From: Squalus acanthias
Taxonomy: Eukaryota
Reading direction: 5' to 3'
NCBI GenBank assembly: GCA_030390025.1
Contig: CM059432.1
Location: 29,204,001 to 29,268,000, forward strand
Length of the DNA stretch: 64,000 nt
Part shown: piece after piece, positions 51,645 through 64,000 of the stretch
Position numbering within the stretch: the first letter of the stretch is position 1
Layout of the letters: each line of letters starts with the position of its first letter
Position numbers and translations under genes: made by a program
The notes under the pieces: generated by a model
What the model saw: only the letters and a program-made list of their open reading frames with translations
Database searches by the model: none
What the model was told of the DNA's origin: nothing

Positions 51645-52500
51645 AAAAAAGAAAAAAAAGAAAGACTTGCAATCTCATTGAAACATATAAGATTCTGAGG
51701 GAATTGACAGGGTAGATGCTGAGAGGTTGTTTTCCTTGGCTGAAGAGTCTAGAACTAGGGGGCATAGTCTCAGGATAAGGGATCGGCCATTTAAGACTGA
51801 GATGAAGAGGAATTTCTTCGCTCAGAGGGTTGTGAATCTTTGGAATTCTCTACCCTAAAGGACTGTGGATGCTGAGTCTTTGAGTATATTCAAGGCTGAG
51901 ATAGATATATTTTTGGACTCTAGGGGAATCAAGGGATATGGGGATCGGACGGGAAAGTGGAGTTGAGGTCAAAGATCAGCCATGATCTTATTGAATGACG
52001 GAGAAGGCTCGAAGGGCCATATGGCCTACACCTGCTCCTAATTCTTATGTTCTTATATTGCGCCTTTCATGACCATCGGACATCCCAAAGCACTTTACAG
52101 CCAATTAAGTACTTTTTGATGTGTAGTCACTGTTGTAAGGTAGGAAATGCGACAGCCAATTTGCACACAACAAACTCCCACAAACAGAAATGTGAAAATG
52201 ACCAGATAATCTGTTTTTAATGATTCTGATTGAAGGATAAATATTGGCCACTGGGGATAATTCCCCTGCTCTTCATCGAAATAGTGTCATGGGATTTTTT
52301 ACGTCCATTTGAGAGAGTAGACGGGACCTCAGTTTTAACATCTCATCCGAAAGACGGCACCTCTGACAGCACAGCACTCCCTCAGCTTAGATTATGTGCT
52401 CAAGTCATAGAGTCATAGAGTGTCATAGAGAGTCTCTGGAATGGGACTTGAACCCGCACCATTTGGACTCAGAGGCGAGGGTGCACCAACTGAGCCACAG
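51645..52500 (-). mobile_element. DeuSINE split by a CR1 3' fragment
   Basis: Tail at 51645-51670; remainder at 52057-52500. Confidence 0.8.
51671..52056 (+). mobile_element. CR1 family A 3' fragment
   Basis: LIETYKILRGIDRVDAERLFP motif; TTCTTATG tail. Confidence 0.9.
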
Positions 52501-54779
52501 TGAAAGGGGAAAAGGGAATAGAGTTTTTACAGTGTGTTCAGGACTCCTTTCTTACCCAGTACGTAAGAAGTCAACAAGAGAAGAATCACTACTGCAGCTA
52601 GTAATGGGAAATGAACCAGAGCAGATAAGGGAAGTAAGCGTAGGGCAACATCTAGGTAATAGTGATCATAACATAATAATATTTAAAATAATGATTGAGA
52701 AAGGCATAAGTAAGACAAAGACCTAAGTAATAGATTTTTAAAAAGTTAATTTTGAGGGAATGAGAATGGAACTAGGGAAGGTAAACTGGAAAATAATGTT
52801 GACAGACAAAGAGATGGAATAGCAGTGTGAAATATTTTAAACGGTGATTGATAGAGTTCAGAAGAAATATATTCCGCTAAAAAACAAGAAAAACGAATCA
52901 ATAATGAAACACCATGGATGAATAAAGAGATAAGGGTGAAATTGAAACTAAAGAATAAGTTATACACTAAGTATATAGACAATAAAGGAAAGGATGACAA
53001 AAGGAAATACGAAAAGGTTAGGAAAGAAGTAAAAAAAAACTAGGAAAGCAAAAAGAACTACAAAATTAAATTATCAAGAAATATAAAATGAAATAGTAAA
53101 GTATTCGACAAACACATAAATAACACAAGAAAAATCAGGATAGGGACAGGGCCACTAAAGGATGCACAAGATAAACTCACAGGAAATGACAGCAAAGTAG
53201 CAGAATTACTGAATAGTCACTTTGCCTCAGCATTTACCAGGGAGACTAATAAGGTGGGCATGACATTAGAGGAAGAGATCAAAAAATATAAGAAGACATT
53301 TAAGATAGAAAGGGAGGAGATAGTTGATAAACTAATCAAACTTAGAGAGGATAAAACCACTGGTCCAGATGGATTTCATCCGCGCATATTAAAAGAAGTT
53401 AGGGAAGAGATAGTAGAGGCACTATTACAAATATATAACAATTCATTATAAAAAGAAAACAGTGCTAGAGAACTGGCGAACAGCTAATCTGATTCCTATA
53501 TTTCAAAAAGGAGATAGAACAAGTCCAGGGAACTATAGATGGGGAGTCAGGGGACAGGTATCAGAGTGGATAGCAAGCTGGCTACAAAACAGAAAACAGG
53601 GAGTACAGGTTAAGGGAAGATACTCAGACTGGCAAAAGGTGGGAAGTGGTGTTCCATGGGAATCAGTGCTAGGACCACTATTTTGCACAATTTACATAAA
53701 TGATTTAGATTCAGGAATCAGAAGTATAATTTCAAAATTTGTGGATGACACCAAATTGGGAGGTGTAGTTAATACGAAGGAAGAATGCAACAAAATACAA
53801 GAAGACATTAATAAACTTGCAGAATGGGAGTGTAATTGGCAAATAAATTTCAATATAGATAAGTGTGAGGTGGTGCATTTCGGTAGGAAGAATAAGAAGG
53901 CCACATACTGCTTGGATAATAAGATTCTGAATGGGGTACAGGAACAAAGGGATCTTGGGGTACAGATACACAAATCATTAAAAGTAATGACGCAGGTTAA
54001 TAAGCCATGAAAATGCAAACCAAGCACTAGGGTTTATTTCTAAAGGAATAGAATTGAAAAGCAGAGAAGTTATGTTAAACTTGTATCGAACCTTGGTTAG
54101 ACCACCCTTGGAGTACTGTGCACAGTTCTGGGCTCCATATTATAGAAAGGATGTAGAGGTGAAGGTGCAAAAAAGATACACAAGGATGATACCAGAACTG
54201 AGAGGATATACGTATCAGAAAAGGTTGAACAGGCTGGGGCTCTTTTCTCTAAAAAAAAAGAGAAGTCTGAGGGGTGAACTAATAGAGGTCTTTAAGATTG
54301 TGAACGGGTTTGGTAGGATAGATGTAGACAAAATGTTTCCACTTGTGGGGAGTCCAAAACTAGAGGTTATAAATTTAAGATAGTCACTAATAAATCTAAT
54401 AGGCATTCAGGAGAAACTACTTTACCCAAAGAGTGGTATGAATGTGGAACGCATGACCACAAGGAGTAGTTGAGGTAAATAGCATAGATGCATTTAAGGG
54501 CAAGCTAGATAAGCACATGAGGGAGAAAGGACTAGAAGGATAAGCTGATAGAGTTAGATGAAATAGGGTGGGAGGAGGCTTGTGTGGAGCATAGACCAGT
54601 TGGACCGGTTGGCCTGTATTCTCAATCTAACGTGATGTACCCTCTTTCCAGACTTTTTTAGAATCCTATTCATAGGCTGTTAAACCTGTTAACTACGTCT
54701 TTGTGACAAGATTGACCCGTTATCAGAAAATGCTGGAAATACTCAGCAGGTCAGGCAGCATCTGTGGAGAGAGAAACAG

Positions 54780-54816
54780 AGTTAACGTTTCAGGTCGATG
54801 ACCCTTCGTCAGAACT
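54780..54816 (-). ncRNA. Minimal type I hammerhead ribozyme motif (inverted pseudo-LTR copy)
   Basis: Minus strand reads AGTTCTGACGAAGGGTCATCGACCTGAAACGTTAACT. Confidence 0.8.
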
Positions 54817-55033
54817 GGAAAAAGCTGGAGATGGAACAGGTTTTTAAGCAAGTGCAGGGGCAGGGAAAGGGGGGAGGGGAGGAAAGAACAAAAGGGAAGG
54901 TCTGTGATAGGATGGAAGGCAGGAGAGATTAAGAGACATCAAGAGATGGTGCAAGGCAAAAGGAGATGGTAATGGGACAAGTTAAGAAACAAAAGATGGC
55001 TCTAGATGAAGTGTAAAAAATAAATAAATAAAA

Positions 55034-55657
55034 TGGGTTCCTCTTGTCCTCACCTTTCACCCCACCAGCCTCCACATTCAACGGATCATCCTTCGCCATT
55101 TCCGCCACCTCCAGCATGATCCCACCACCAAACACATCTTCCCCTCACCTCCCCTTTCAGCATTTCGAAGGGACCGCACCCTCCACGACACCCTGGTCCA
55201 CTCCTCTATCACCCCCGGCACCCCTTTCCCTTCACCTGGCACCTTCCCGTGCAAGCACAGGAGATGCAACACCTGCCCTTTTATCTCCACCCTTCCCACT
55301 GTCCAGGGCCCCAAACACTCCTTCCAGGTGAAACAGCGATTTACTTGTATTTCTTGCAATTTAGTATACTGTATTCGCTGCTCACGATGTGGTCTCCTCT
55401 ACATTGGGGAGACCAAACGCAGATTGGGTGACCGCTTTGCGGAACACCTCCGTTCAGTCTGTAAGGGAGACCCCGAGCGTCCGGTCGCCTGTCACTTTAA
55501 TTCTCCGCTCCACTCCCACTCAGACCTCACCGTCCTCGGCCTCTCACACTGTTCCAATTAAGCTCAACGTAAGCTCGAGGAACAGCACCTCATCTTTCAA
55601 TTAGGCACTTTACAGCCTTCTGGACTCAACATAGAGTTCAACAATTTCAGACCATAA
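55034..55657 (+). pseudogene. Penelope ORF C-terminus with GIY-YIG endonuclease
   Basis: PLVLTFHP...CKHRRCNTC...NLVYCIRCSRCGLLYIGETKRRLGDRFAEH...PSGLN. One internal stop at 55559-55561. Confidence 0.9.
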
Positions 55658-55910
55658 CCTCTGCCCCTATTCTTTTTTTTCCCATTGATATTATTTATTT
55701 GTTTATTTATTTACACTTCATCTAGAGCCATCTTTTGTTTCTTAACTTGTCCCATTACCATCTCCTTTTGCCTTGCACCATCTCTTAATGTCTCTTAATC
55801 TCTCCTGTCTTCTATCCTATCACAGACCTTCCCTTTTGTTCTTTCCTCCCCTCCCCCCTTTCCCTGCCCCTGCACTTGCTTAAAAACCTGTTCGATCTCC
55901 AGCTTTTTCC

Positions 55911-55947
55911 AGTTCTGACGAAGGGTCATCAACCTGAAACGTTAACT
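55911..55947 (+). ncRNA. Minimal type I hammerhead ribozyme motif
   Basis: AGTT-CTGACGA-[AGG..CCT stem II]-GAAAC-GTT-AACT. Stem I AGTT/AACT; palindromic ACGT stem III. Confidence 0.8.
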
Positions 55948-56099
55948 CTGTTTCTCCCTCCACAGATCCTGCCTGACCTGCTGAGTATTTCCAGCTTTTT
56001 CTGTTTTTATTTCAGATTTCCAGCATCCGCAGTATCTTGCTTTTGACCCGTTATTAGTTGTCTTCCCTTTCCTACTTGCAGTTTGTTCAGACATATAAA

Positions 56100-56102
56100 G
56101 GA

Positions 56103-56134
<32 letters not shown>

Positions 56135-56605
56135 AATAAATAAATAAATAAATAAATACTTGAATTTATATAACCCCTTTCAAGACCTCAGGATGTCCCA
56201 AAGTGCTTTACAGCCAATGAAGAACGTTTGAAGTGTAGTCACTGTTGTAATGTAGGAAACACGGCAACCAATTTGGACACAGTAAGCTCCACAAACAGAA
56301 ATGTTACAAAGTTACAAAGTATTTATAGCACAGAAGATGTTGGTTGAGGGATAAATATTTCTAGGCCACCAGGGAGAACGCCCCTGCTTTTCTTTGAATA
56401 ATGCCATACGATCTTTTACATCTACCTGAGAGAGCAGACAGGGCTTCAGTTTAACATCTCATCCGAAAGGCATCTCTGAGAGTGCAGTGCTCTCAGTACT
56501 TCACTCGAGTGTCAGCCTAGATCTTGTACTCAAGTCTCTGGAGTGGGGCACACAAACTTCTGGCTCAGAAGCGAAAGTGCAACTACTGAGACATGGCTGA
56601 CACCT
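56100..56605 (-). mobile_element. DeuSINE with expanded (TTTA)n(TTTC)n tail
   Basis: Full-length homologue of 9871-10340; microsatellite at 56100-56157. Confidence 0.85.
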
Positions 56606-57519
56606 AAAAGGGCCATTTATTTTCCAGTTCTCATGTATGATAAATAGTTCTACACCCAAAACATTAACTCATTTTTTCTCTTACAAATGCTGACAGACCT
56701 GCTGTATTTTTCCAGCTCCCTGTTGTTATTTAAGTGTTTCTTCTTTTTACCTCTGCTGACATCCCTCACCTTGACGAGCGCAAAACTTCACCTCCCAAAA
56801 ATCTTGACTTTACTCTGGTACCTAACGTCCTTATTATAGACAGTCAGCAATGTCCTCCCACTTTTCAGTCACTGGTGCTCATTACCTTATGTTGATTAAA
56901 GGTCTCCTTAGACTTTCAGTATGGAACAATTAATTGAAGATAAATTGCGATCAAAGTAAACCAGCACAGATGCTCAATTAATCACTTACCAGCTTGTCTT
57001 GTTTCCAGCTGTATGTCTGCATAAACAGTGCTTCTCTCTCAGCGCCCTATGTCCTTTTCAAACCATTTCTCTCCTCTCCACCATCTGCAGCATTGATATG
57101 GCATCAGGAGTATGCTGCGCTTCCTCCTCCCTATACCCTCACTGTTGTGAAATGAAGACTGACTGCATTGTCTCCTACTCTAACTCATTGTTACCCAGGC
57201 CCTACAAACTGTGGAACCCCTCACTTCTCTCGGTCTACCCATCCTCTTACAATTTTCAGGCTTTTAAAACCCAAGCTCATCATCACTGCTATTCCAGATT
57301 GATGTCATCTTCCCTTTTACTCATTTCAACCTTGCTCGTGTCCTGCACTGCAGGCTCACAGGTCTCCGAATAAAAAGAAAGATGATGGGAATGCTCCCCT
57401 GGGATACAATTCTACTCCCTTATGTTGTTAATCATTTGTCACTGTGCATTTCCTTACCCCTTAGTTACTATCTGTAACTCTCTTGTGCTTATCAAAGTGA
57501 AGTATATCAGTACTGAAAT

Positions 57520-59860
57520 GGAACATCTTTCCACTTTAATCAACCAGTGTCAGCATCAAGCACACGCAGGTGCAATACTGCATGGCTGTGTGGCACTAAC
57601 AAGGGCATTGGCAGAGTGTATGGCGGAGGTGCAGGCACACTGTCATCCTGAGAGACGACAGCAGGTGCCTCTCCCATTGAGCCAAGCACACTCTCCGGAG
57701 ATTGAGCCTCAGCACTCCCAGGGCTCTGCCTGAGAAGAGAGTGCAGGAATGTTATAATGCTCTAAATGCCCCTGTCACCACTGGCCCCCAGAGTTAAAGT
57801 GGCAGCTGTCTCAGCTTCCATGACACCAATGTGAGCCGCCATGGAAGCTGTCAGAGCTGTCAGCAGAGGCTCCATCATATTCACTGAGCTGACCACTAGT
57901 TCCATATTGGACAGGATGGTCTCTGAGCAAAGTCCAAACGCAAGTTGAAGCTGGACTCCTTCGTGCTCTGAGGCGTTGCACGCAAGCTCGCTGACAGGCT
58001 GCCCAGCGCAACTAGCATTTCTTGGTGGATGCCCACCAGCCTTCTTCAGTAGCCTAGGTCCTCAAAGTCAGCGGCAGAGCTAGCATGTGATCTCGCCCTC
58101 TGGTGAGCTGGCACCTGTGGCATTGTATTTTCCTGCTCTAGTTCCTGCACATGTGCCCGTTGATTCATCATGTGAAGACCCCTCCTCTAGCCTATTCTCT
58201 AAAGTACGCGTGGTGCCAGTCTCTGAGCTGGTACTTACTCGGGTCAGATTCAGTGACGCTGCATCTTCAGGGAGGCTGGCCTCCTCTTCCTAAAGTGGCA
58301 CAGGGGGCCTTGACATTTTTAGCACCTGAATGAAAGAGAGCAACAAGGGTTAATTTTTAGTGTGAAAGGAGAGCAGAGAGAAGTGACTGGTGAAAGCAGC
58401 TGCAGTTTGTCATGCAGAATGTGTAGGAGAGATAAATATAAGAGAAAAAGAGGATAAGGTATGAAGAAACCCTTCGCAACGTCTCCTTCCAGCATTGCCA
58501 CTCGCCAAGTTCATGACCCTCCCCCTGCCCGCGATGGCCAACACGTCTTGTTCTATGATGAGAGAGTGTGCAGGCGGACTCTGGTCGCTGCCTCCTGTCG
58601 CAAGTTGTGCCCGACTTTCTCCTGCAACAAAGGGGGCATAGTCTCAGGATAAGCGGTCGGCCATTTAAGACTGAGATGAGGAGGAATTTCTTCACTCAGA
58701 GGGTTGCGAATCTTTGGAATTCTTTACCCCAAAGGGCTGTGGATGCTGAATCATTGAATATATTCAAGGCTGAGATAAATAGATTTTTGGACTCTGGGGG
58801 AAATCAAAGGATATGGAGATCGGGCAGGAAGGTGGAGTTGAGGTCGAAGATCAGCCATGATCTTATTGAATGGTGGAGCAGGCTCGAGGGGTCGTATGGC
58901 CTACTCCTGCTCCTATTACTTATGTTGTTATGTTAGCCACATGAGGCTAATTGGGAATCCAGATGTGGCTATTTGCATTTCTGATTCGTAAATAAATAAT
59001 GAGTAATAGACACTGTCACTGTCATGTGATCGCAATACTCGTATTTGCACAGGGAGTGCATGTGAACTTTAACCTTTCGGTGCATTTATGTTCTTATGTT
59101 CTAAAGAAGAGAGTGTGTTAGTTACATTCTTGTGAGGTGTTTAGTGAGGTGCCTGTAATGGTCGAATAGTTTGTATGTTGTGAGGAAGATGTGAGGTGTG
59201 GGGAAGTGAAGGTTGCAACAGAGTGTATGAGTGCAGTGACTGTAGGAGAGCAAAAGGAAGCAGGAGAGGGGAGTGTTCTGAACAGTGAAGCTGCAGGTGC
59301 TGCAGGTGTGAGCAGCGAATAATTGAGCTGAGAGGTAAGGTTCTTACCTTGACAACTCTGATGAGGTCATTGCACTTCTTTTGGCATTGAAGCCATGTCC
59401 TGGAAGCTAAGCCCCTGGCATTAACATCATCAGCGACTGCTTCCCACTGGCGGTGGATGTGTTACCTCAGAGGGCTTTCTGACCCCCTGGGGGAACAGGA
59501 TCTCCCGTCTCCTGCCCATCACCTTGACCTGGGCCTCCAATGCTGCATCAGGGAATCTGGCTGCCCTCTCTTGACCTCTTGCAGCCATTTCTCCACTTGC
59601 AATGTAGCCCTGTTGTCTGCATCCAGAGCACATCTCTCTTTTAAGAGGTGCTGGCTGCCTTTAAGTGGTGTCAGTCAAGCCCGATTTCCTGCCCCCAAAC
59701 AGGCACGCAGCCAAAGAATAAGCACTGGCTGCATGCCTGAATCATTATAATGAGCTGCCAGCATTAATTTCGTGCGGTTGTTGTGACCATATGAACAGAC
59801 GCGTGCATCGCGCACCCCTCCCCCTGCACGCCCGTTTTCAGGCACACTCAAATCAGGCCC
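57520..59860 (-). mobile_element. Harbinger fragment of a different family with decayed 3-exon Myb/SANT-like gene (exon 1 59588-59348, exon 2 from 58621, exon 3 from 58325)
   Basis: MAARGQERAARFPDAALE...WEAVADDVNA...RTWLQCQKKCNDL|gtaag. Terminus GGGCCTGATTT at 59860; the other end is uncertain. Confidence 0.75.
58630..58935 (+). mobile_element. CR1 family A 3' fragment within the Harbinger intron
   Basis: RGHSLRISGRPFKTEMRRNFFTQRV. Confidence 0.9.
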
Positions 59861-60254
59861 ATGGCTTAGACGCAGTATAAAGCTCCTCCTATTCTGGCCC
59901 CAGCAATCTGTTTTAACTCCATACCTGTGTCACATTCTTCTACTTGCTTATGACTATATTGAAAAAAGAGTGATGGGGGAGAAAATACTATTGAGTCTAT
60001 CATTGCTAAGCAGGAACACAGTTGAGAGTAGCAGATTGTCTCCTCCTGTACCACATAGTGTACCTAGGCTTCCAAAAGGCATTTGACAGAGCTCCACATG
60101 AAAGACTTTCAGTCAAACTCAAAGCTATAGGGGTACATGTTTAAACCCTGGGACCGGGTAAGAAACTGGCTATAGGGTGGAAGACGAGTGTCAGGGAGGT
60201 GGAGCAAGGGATGTACTGAGCTCGGTGTTGTGATCATTACCGTTTCTAATTAGC

Positions 60255-61000
60255 ATCATAGAATCATAGAAACGTACAACACAGAAGGAGGCCATTCAGC
60301 CTGTCATACCTGTGCTGGCTCTTTGAAAGAGCAGTCGTGCTTAGTCCCACATCCCCACTTTTTGTCCATAACCCTGTAAGATCCTCATCCTCAAGTACCT
60401 GTCCAACTCCCTTTTAAAATTATTCATGGAATCAGCTTCCACCTACTTTTCAGGTAGAGCGTGCCAGATCCCGACAACTCTTTGGGTGAAATAATTTCTC
60501 CTCATCTCCATTCGAGATCTTTTTCCAATGATTTTGAATCTATGATCTCTAGTTATTGACCCACTCGCCAGAGAGAATAATTTTCTCCATTTACTCTATC
60601 AAAACCTCTCATCGTCTTGGAAACCTCTATTAGGTCACCTCTTAACCTTCTCTGTTCCATGGAGAACAGTCCAACTTTTCCAACCTCTCCTCATAGCTGA
60701 AGTCCCTCATCCCTGGTAACATCCTGGTAAACCTCTTCTGTACCCTTTCTAAGGATTTTATATCTTTCCTGAAGTGTGCTGCCCAGAATTGTCCACAATA
60801 CCCCAGCTGAGGCCTAACCAGCGATTTACAAATTTCTTTTTGCTTTTATATTCTATTCCTTTATTTATACACCCATGTAACCCAAGCTTTTTTAGCCGTC
60901 TTATCAACTTGCCCTGCCATCTTTAAGAATTTGCGTATATGAACACCAAGGGCTGTCTGTTCAGCTACACTTTTCAAAATCGTGCCATTTATAATATACT
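60255..61000 (-). mobile_element. Older CR1 3' fragment
   Basis: CATAGAAT tail and RT C-terminal similarity. Confidence 0.75.
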
Positions 61001-61255
61001 GGGCTAAAAATTCGATTGCGTAGTGCCCATTGTTTGGGCGCTAAGGGTGCCCATTTGGGTCAAAAATGGCGTCCGAGCTGTGTGCACAATTCTGATGCGG
61101 GCTGCGCCAGACGCCATCTTGGTGAGGGCAATAGCATTGGCACTGGGAGCGCATGTCAGAAGTATGTAGAGTAGGCAGATGGCGACGTCAATCAGTGTGC
61201 AACGCTGATTTAATGCCAGAGCATTTTCGTCCTCAACACTGGAGCCCAGCACGTG
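61001..61255. mobile_element. One end of a Harbinger-type MITE, interrupted by LINE-B
   Basis: Terminus GGGCTAAAAATTC, CpG-rich. Confidence 0.6.
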
Positions 61256-63686
61256 AGTGCAAAAGACAAGGCTGAACCATTTGCAACCATCTTCAGCCAG
61301 AAGTGCTGAGTGGATGATCTATATTGGCCTACTCCCGAGGTCCCCACCATCACAGAAGCCAGTCTTCAGCCAATTCGATTCACTCCATATGATATCAAGA
61401 AACGGCTGAGCGCACTGGATACAGCAAAGGCTATGGGCCCGGACAACATCCCGGCTATTGTGCTGAAGAATTGTGCTCCAGAACGACCCGCGCCTCTAGC
61501 CAAGCTGTTCCAGTACAGCTACAACACTGGCATCTATCGGACAATGTGGAAAACTGCCCAGGTATGTCCTGTCTACAAAAAGCAGGACAAATCCAACCTG
61601 GCCAATTACTGTCCCATCAGTCTACTCTCAATCATCAGCAAAGTCATCGACAGTGCAATCAAGCGGCACTTACTCACCAATAACCTGCTCACTGATGCCC
61701 AGTTTGGGTTCCGCCAAGACCACTCGGCTCCAGACCTCATTACAGCCTTCATCCAAACATGGACAAAGGAGCTGAATTCCAGAGGCTGAGGTGAGAGTGA
61801 CTGCCCTTGACATCAAGGCAGCATTTGACCAAGTGTGGCATCAAGGAATATAAGAACATAAGAAATAGGAGCAGGAGTAGGCCATTCGGCCCTTTGAGCC
61901 TGCTCCACAATTCAATGAGATCTTGGCTGATCTTCTGCCTCAACTCCATTCACCGGCCCTACCATCATATCCCTTGATGCCTTTACTAATCAGAAATTTA
62001 TCGACTTCTGTTTTGAATATACCGAATGACTGAGCCTCCACAGCCCTCTGGGGTAGAGAATTCCAAAGATTCACCACCCTCTGTGTGAAGAAATTTCTTC
62101 TCATCTCAGTCCTGAATGGCCTACCCTTTATCCTGAGGCTGTAGCCCCTGGATCTAGACTCCCCAGCCAAGGGAAACATTCTCCCAGCATCCACCCTATC
62201 AAGCCCTGTAATAATTTTGTATGCTTCAATGAGATCCCCTCTCATTCTTCTGAATTCAAGAGAATACAGGCCTAGTTTACTCAATCTCTTCTCATACGAC
62301 AGTCCCACCATCCCACGAATCAATCTCCTGAACCTTTGTTGCACTCCCTCTATGGCAAGTATATCCTTCCTTAGGTAAGGAGACCAAAATTGTACACAGT
62401 ACTCCAGGTGTGGTCTCACCAAGGCCCTATATAATTGGAGTAAGACTTCTTTACTCCTGTACTCAAATCCTCTTGTAATGAAGGCCAGCATACCATTTGC
62501 CTTCCCAATGGCTTGCTGCACCTGCACATTCACTTTCAGTGACTCATGTACAAGGACACCCAGGTCCCTTTGAGCATCTGCATTCCCCAATCTTTCACCA
62601 TTTAGGAAATACTCTGCCTTTCTGTTTTTTCTACCAAAGTGGATAACTTCACATTTATCCACATTATATTTCATCTGCCATGTTCTTGCCCACTCACTGA
62701 GCCTGTCGAGATCCCCTTGAAGGCTCTTCACATCCTCTTCACAACTGACACTGCCACCTAGTTTTGTATCATCAGCAAATTTGGAAATGTTACATTGAAT
62801 CCCCTCATCCAAATCATTGATATAGATTGTGAATAGCTGGGGCTCAAGCACCAGTCCTTGTGGTACCCCACTAGTCACAGCCTGCCATCCTGAAAAAGAC
62901 CCGTTTATCCCTACTCTTTGTTTTCTGTCTGTTAACCAATTCTCAATCCATGCTAGTATATGACCCCCAATTCCATGTACCATAATTTTGTTCACCAACC
63001 TCTTGTGTGTGACCTTATCGAAGCCCTTCTGAAAATCCAGATACACCACATCTACCGGTTCCCCTTTGTCTACTCCATTAGTTACATCCTCAAAGAACTC
63101 CAATAGGTCAATAAGGAGCCCTAGTAAAACTGAAGTCAATGGGAATCAGGGGGAAAATGCTCCACTGGCTGGAGTCATACCTAGCACAAAGGAAGATGGT
63201 TGTGATGGTTGAAGGTCAATCATCACAGCCCAGGACATCACTGCAGGAGTTCCTCAGTGCAGTGTTCTAGGCCCAACCATCTTCAGCTGCTTCATCAATG
63301 ACCTTCCCTCCAACATAAGGTCAGAAATGGGGATGTTCGCTGATGACTGCACAGTGTTCAGCGCCATTCACAACTCCTCAGATAATGAAGCAGTCCATGC
63401 CCGCATGCAACAAGACCTGGACGACATTCAAGCTTGGGCTGATAAGTGGCAGGTAACATTCGTGCCACAGAAGTGCCAGGCAATGACTATCTCCAACAAG
63501 CGAGAGTCTAACCACCTCCCCTTGACATTCAACAGCATTACCATCACCGAATCCCCCATCATCAACTTCCTGGGGGTCACCATTGACCAGAAACTTAACT
63601 AGACCAGCCACATAGGAGGTCAGAGGCTCGGTATTCTGTGGTGAGTGTCTCACCTCTTGACTCCCCGAAGCCTTGCCACCATCTAC
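61256..63686 (+). mobile_element. LINE-B RT region split by CR1-A
   Basis: KAMGPDNIP, NYCPISLLS, QFGFR, FADD motifs; collinear across the insertion. Confidence 0.9.
61848..63112 (-). mobile_element. CR1 family A, 5'-truncated, RT C-terminal frame open (61940-63112)
   Basis: TSD AAGGA at 61843-61847 and 63113-63117; about 390 codons without a stop. Confidence 0.95.
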
Positions 63687-64000
63687 TGAAGGGATAATTA
63701 CTAGTCCTAGCCCTTTTCGGGCCACCCCGGATCAGGCGTATTCCCCAGACGTTCACCTTCAACTAAAGTTAGAGATAGCCGAACCTTATAAGACGCTTAA
63801 TTGGGTCTAAAGGTTCAGACTATCTCTCCCTAAAGGAAAGGAATGACTTGAAGATGTTACCGTCCTCCAGATAGCACTTTTAATAAGGTTAACTAGACTG
63901 TAACCTTCCGGATATTATGAGGGTCCAGAAAACTCCCCCAGAATTCTGCAACTCCTCACCAAAGAGTGTACAGAGATTGAGTTTGTGAGTTTGATACAGA
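63687..64000. mobile_element. Possible LTR-type insertion running off the window
   Basis: LINE-B similarity stops abruptly and unrelated sequence begins with TG (TGAAGGGA). The other end is not visible. Confidence 0.35.

Larger units (their letters stand above)
38700..54620 (+). mobile_element. Old CR1 family C, fragmented (own segments about 38700-39043, 42166-42441, 45402-45628, 51387-51640, 52500-54620)
   Basis: ORF1 esterase (CCLPGARVKD..HVGTND) continues after 42166 (HQYWDRKELY). EN then RT (FVDDTKLGG) follow collinearly across the insertions. Confidence 0.85.
54724..56042 (+). mobile_element. Penelope-like element, 5'-truncated, with inverted pseudo-LTR
   Basis: 54724-55030 is the reverse complement of about 55700-56012. 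12-bp TSD TTGACCCGTTAT at 54712-54723 and 56043-56054. GIY-YIG coding sequence lies between. Confidence 0.92.

Overview
Vertebrate non-genic DNA, almost certainly from a cartilaginous fish (shark). The basis is the repeat content: HE1-type V-SINEs, SacSINE1-type DeuSINEs, CR1 LINEs with an esterase ORF1, and Penelope-like elements. I found no recognisable host protein-coding gene. Most of the window is transposable-element debris, often deeply nested, and many insertions can be delimited by target-site duplications (TSDs). Contents: a decayed endogenous retrovirus (LTR end, tRNA-Arg PBS, integrase core) at 1-2660; several CR1 families, including a near full-length copy with intact ORF1 at 18373-23493; a second LINE family ('LINE-B') and a short SINE sharing both its ends; L2 fragments; PIF/Harbinger transposons and MITEs with 3-bp TSDs, some carrying an intron-containing Myb/SANT gene; Penelope-like elements with minimal hammerhead ribozymes; and a solo LTR. 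One old CR1 is spread over about 16 kb (38.7-54.6 kb) by about 12 nested insertions. A few short non-repetitive islands remain unexplained. The family labels A, B and C are my own. Boundaries without a quoted TSD or TIR are approximate, and all similarity was judged by eye.
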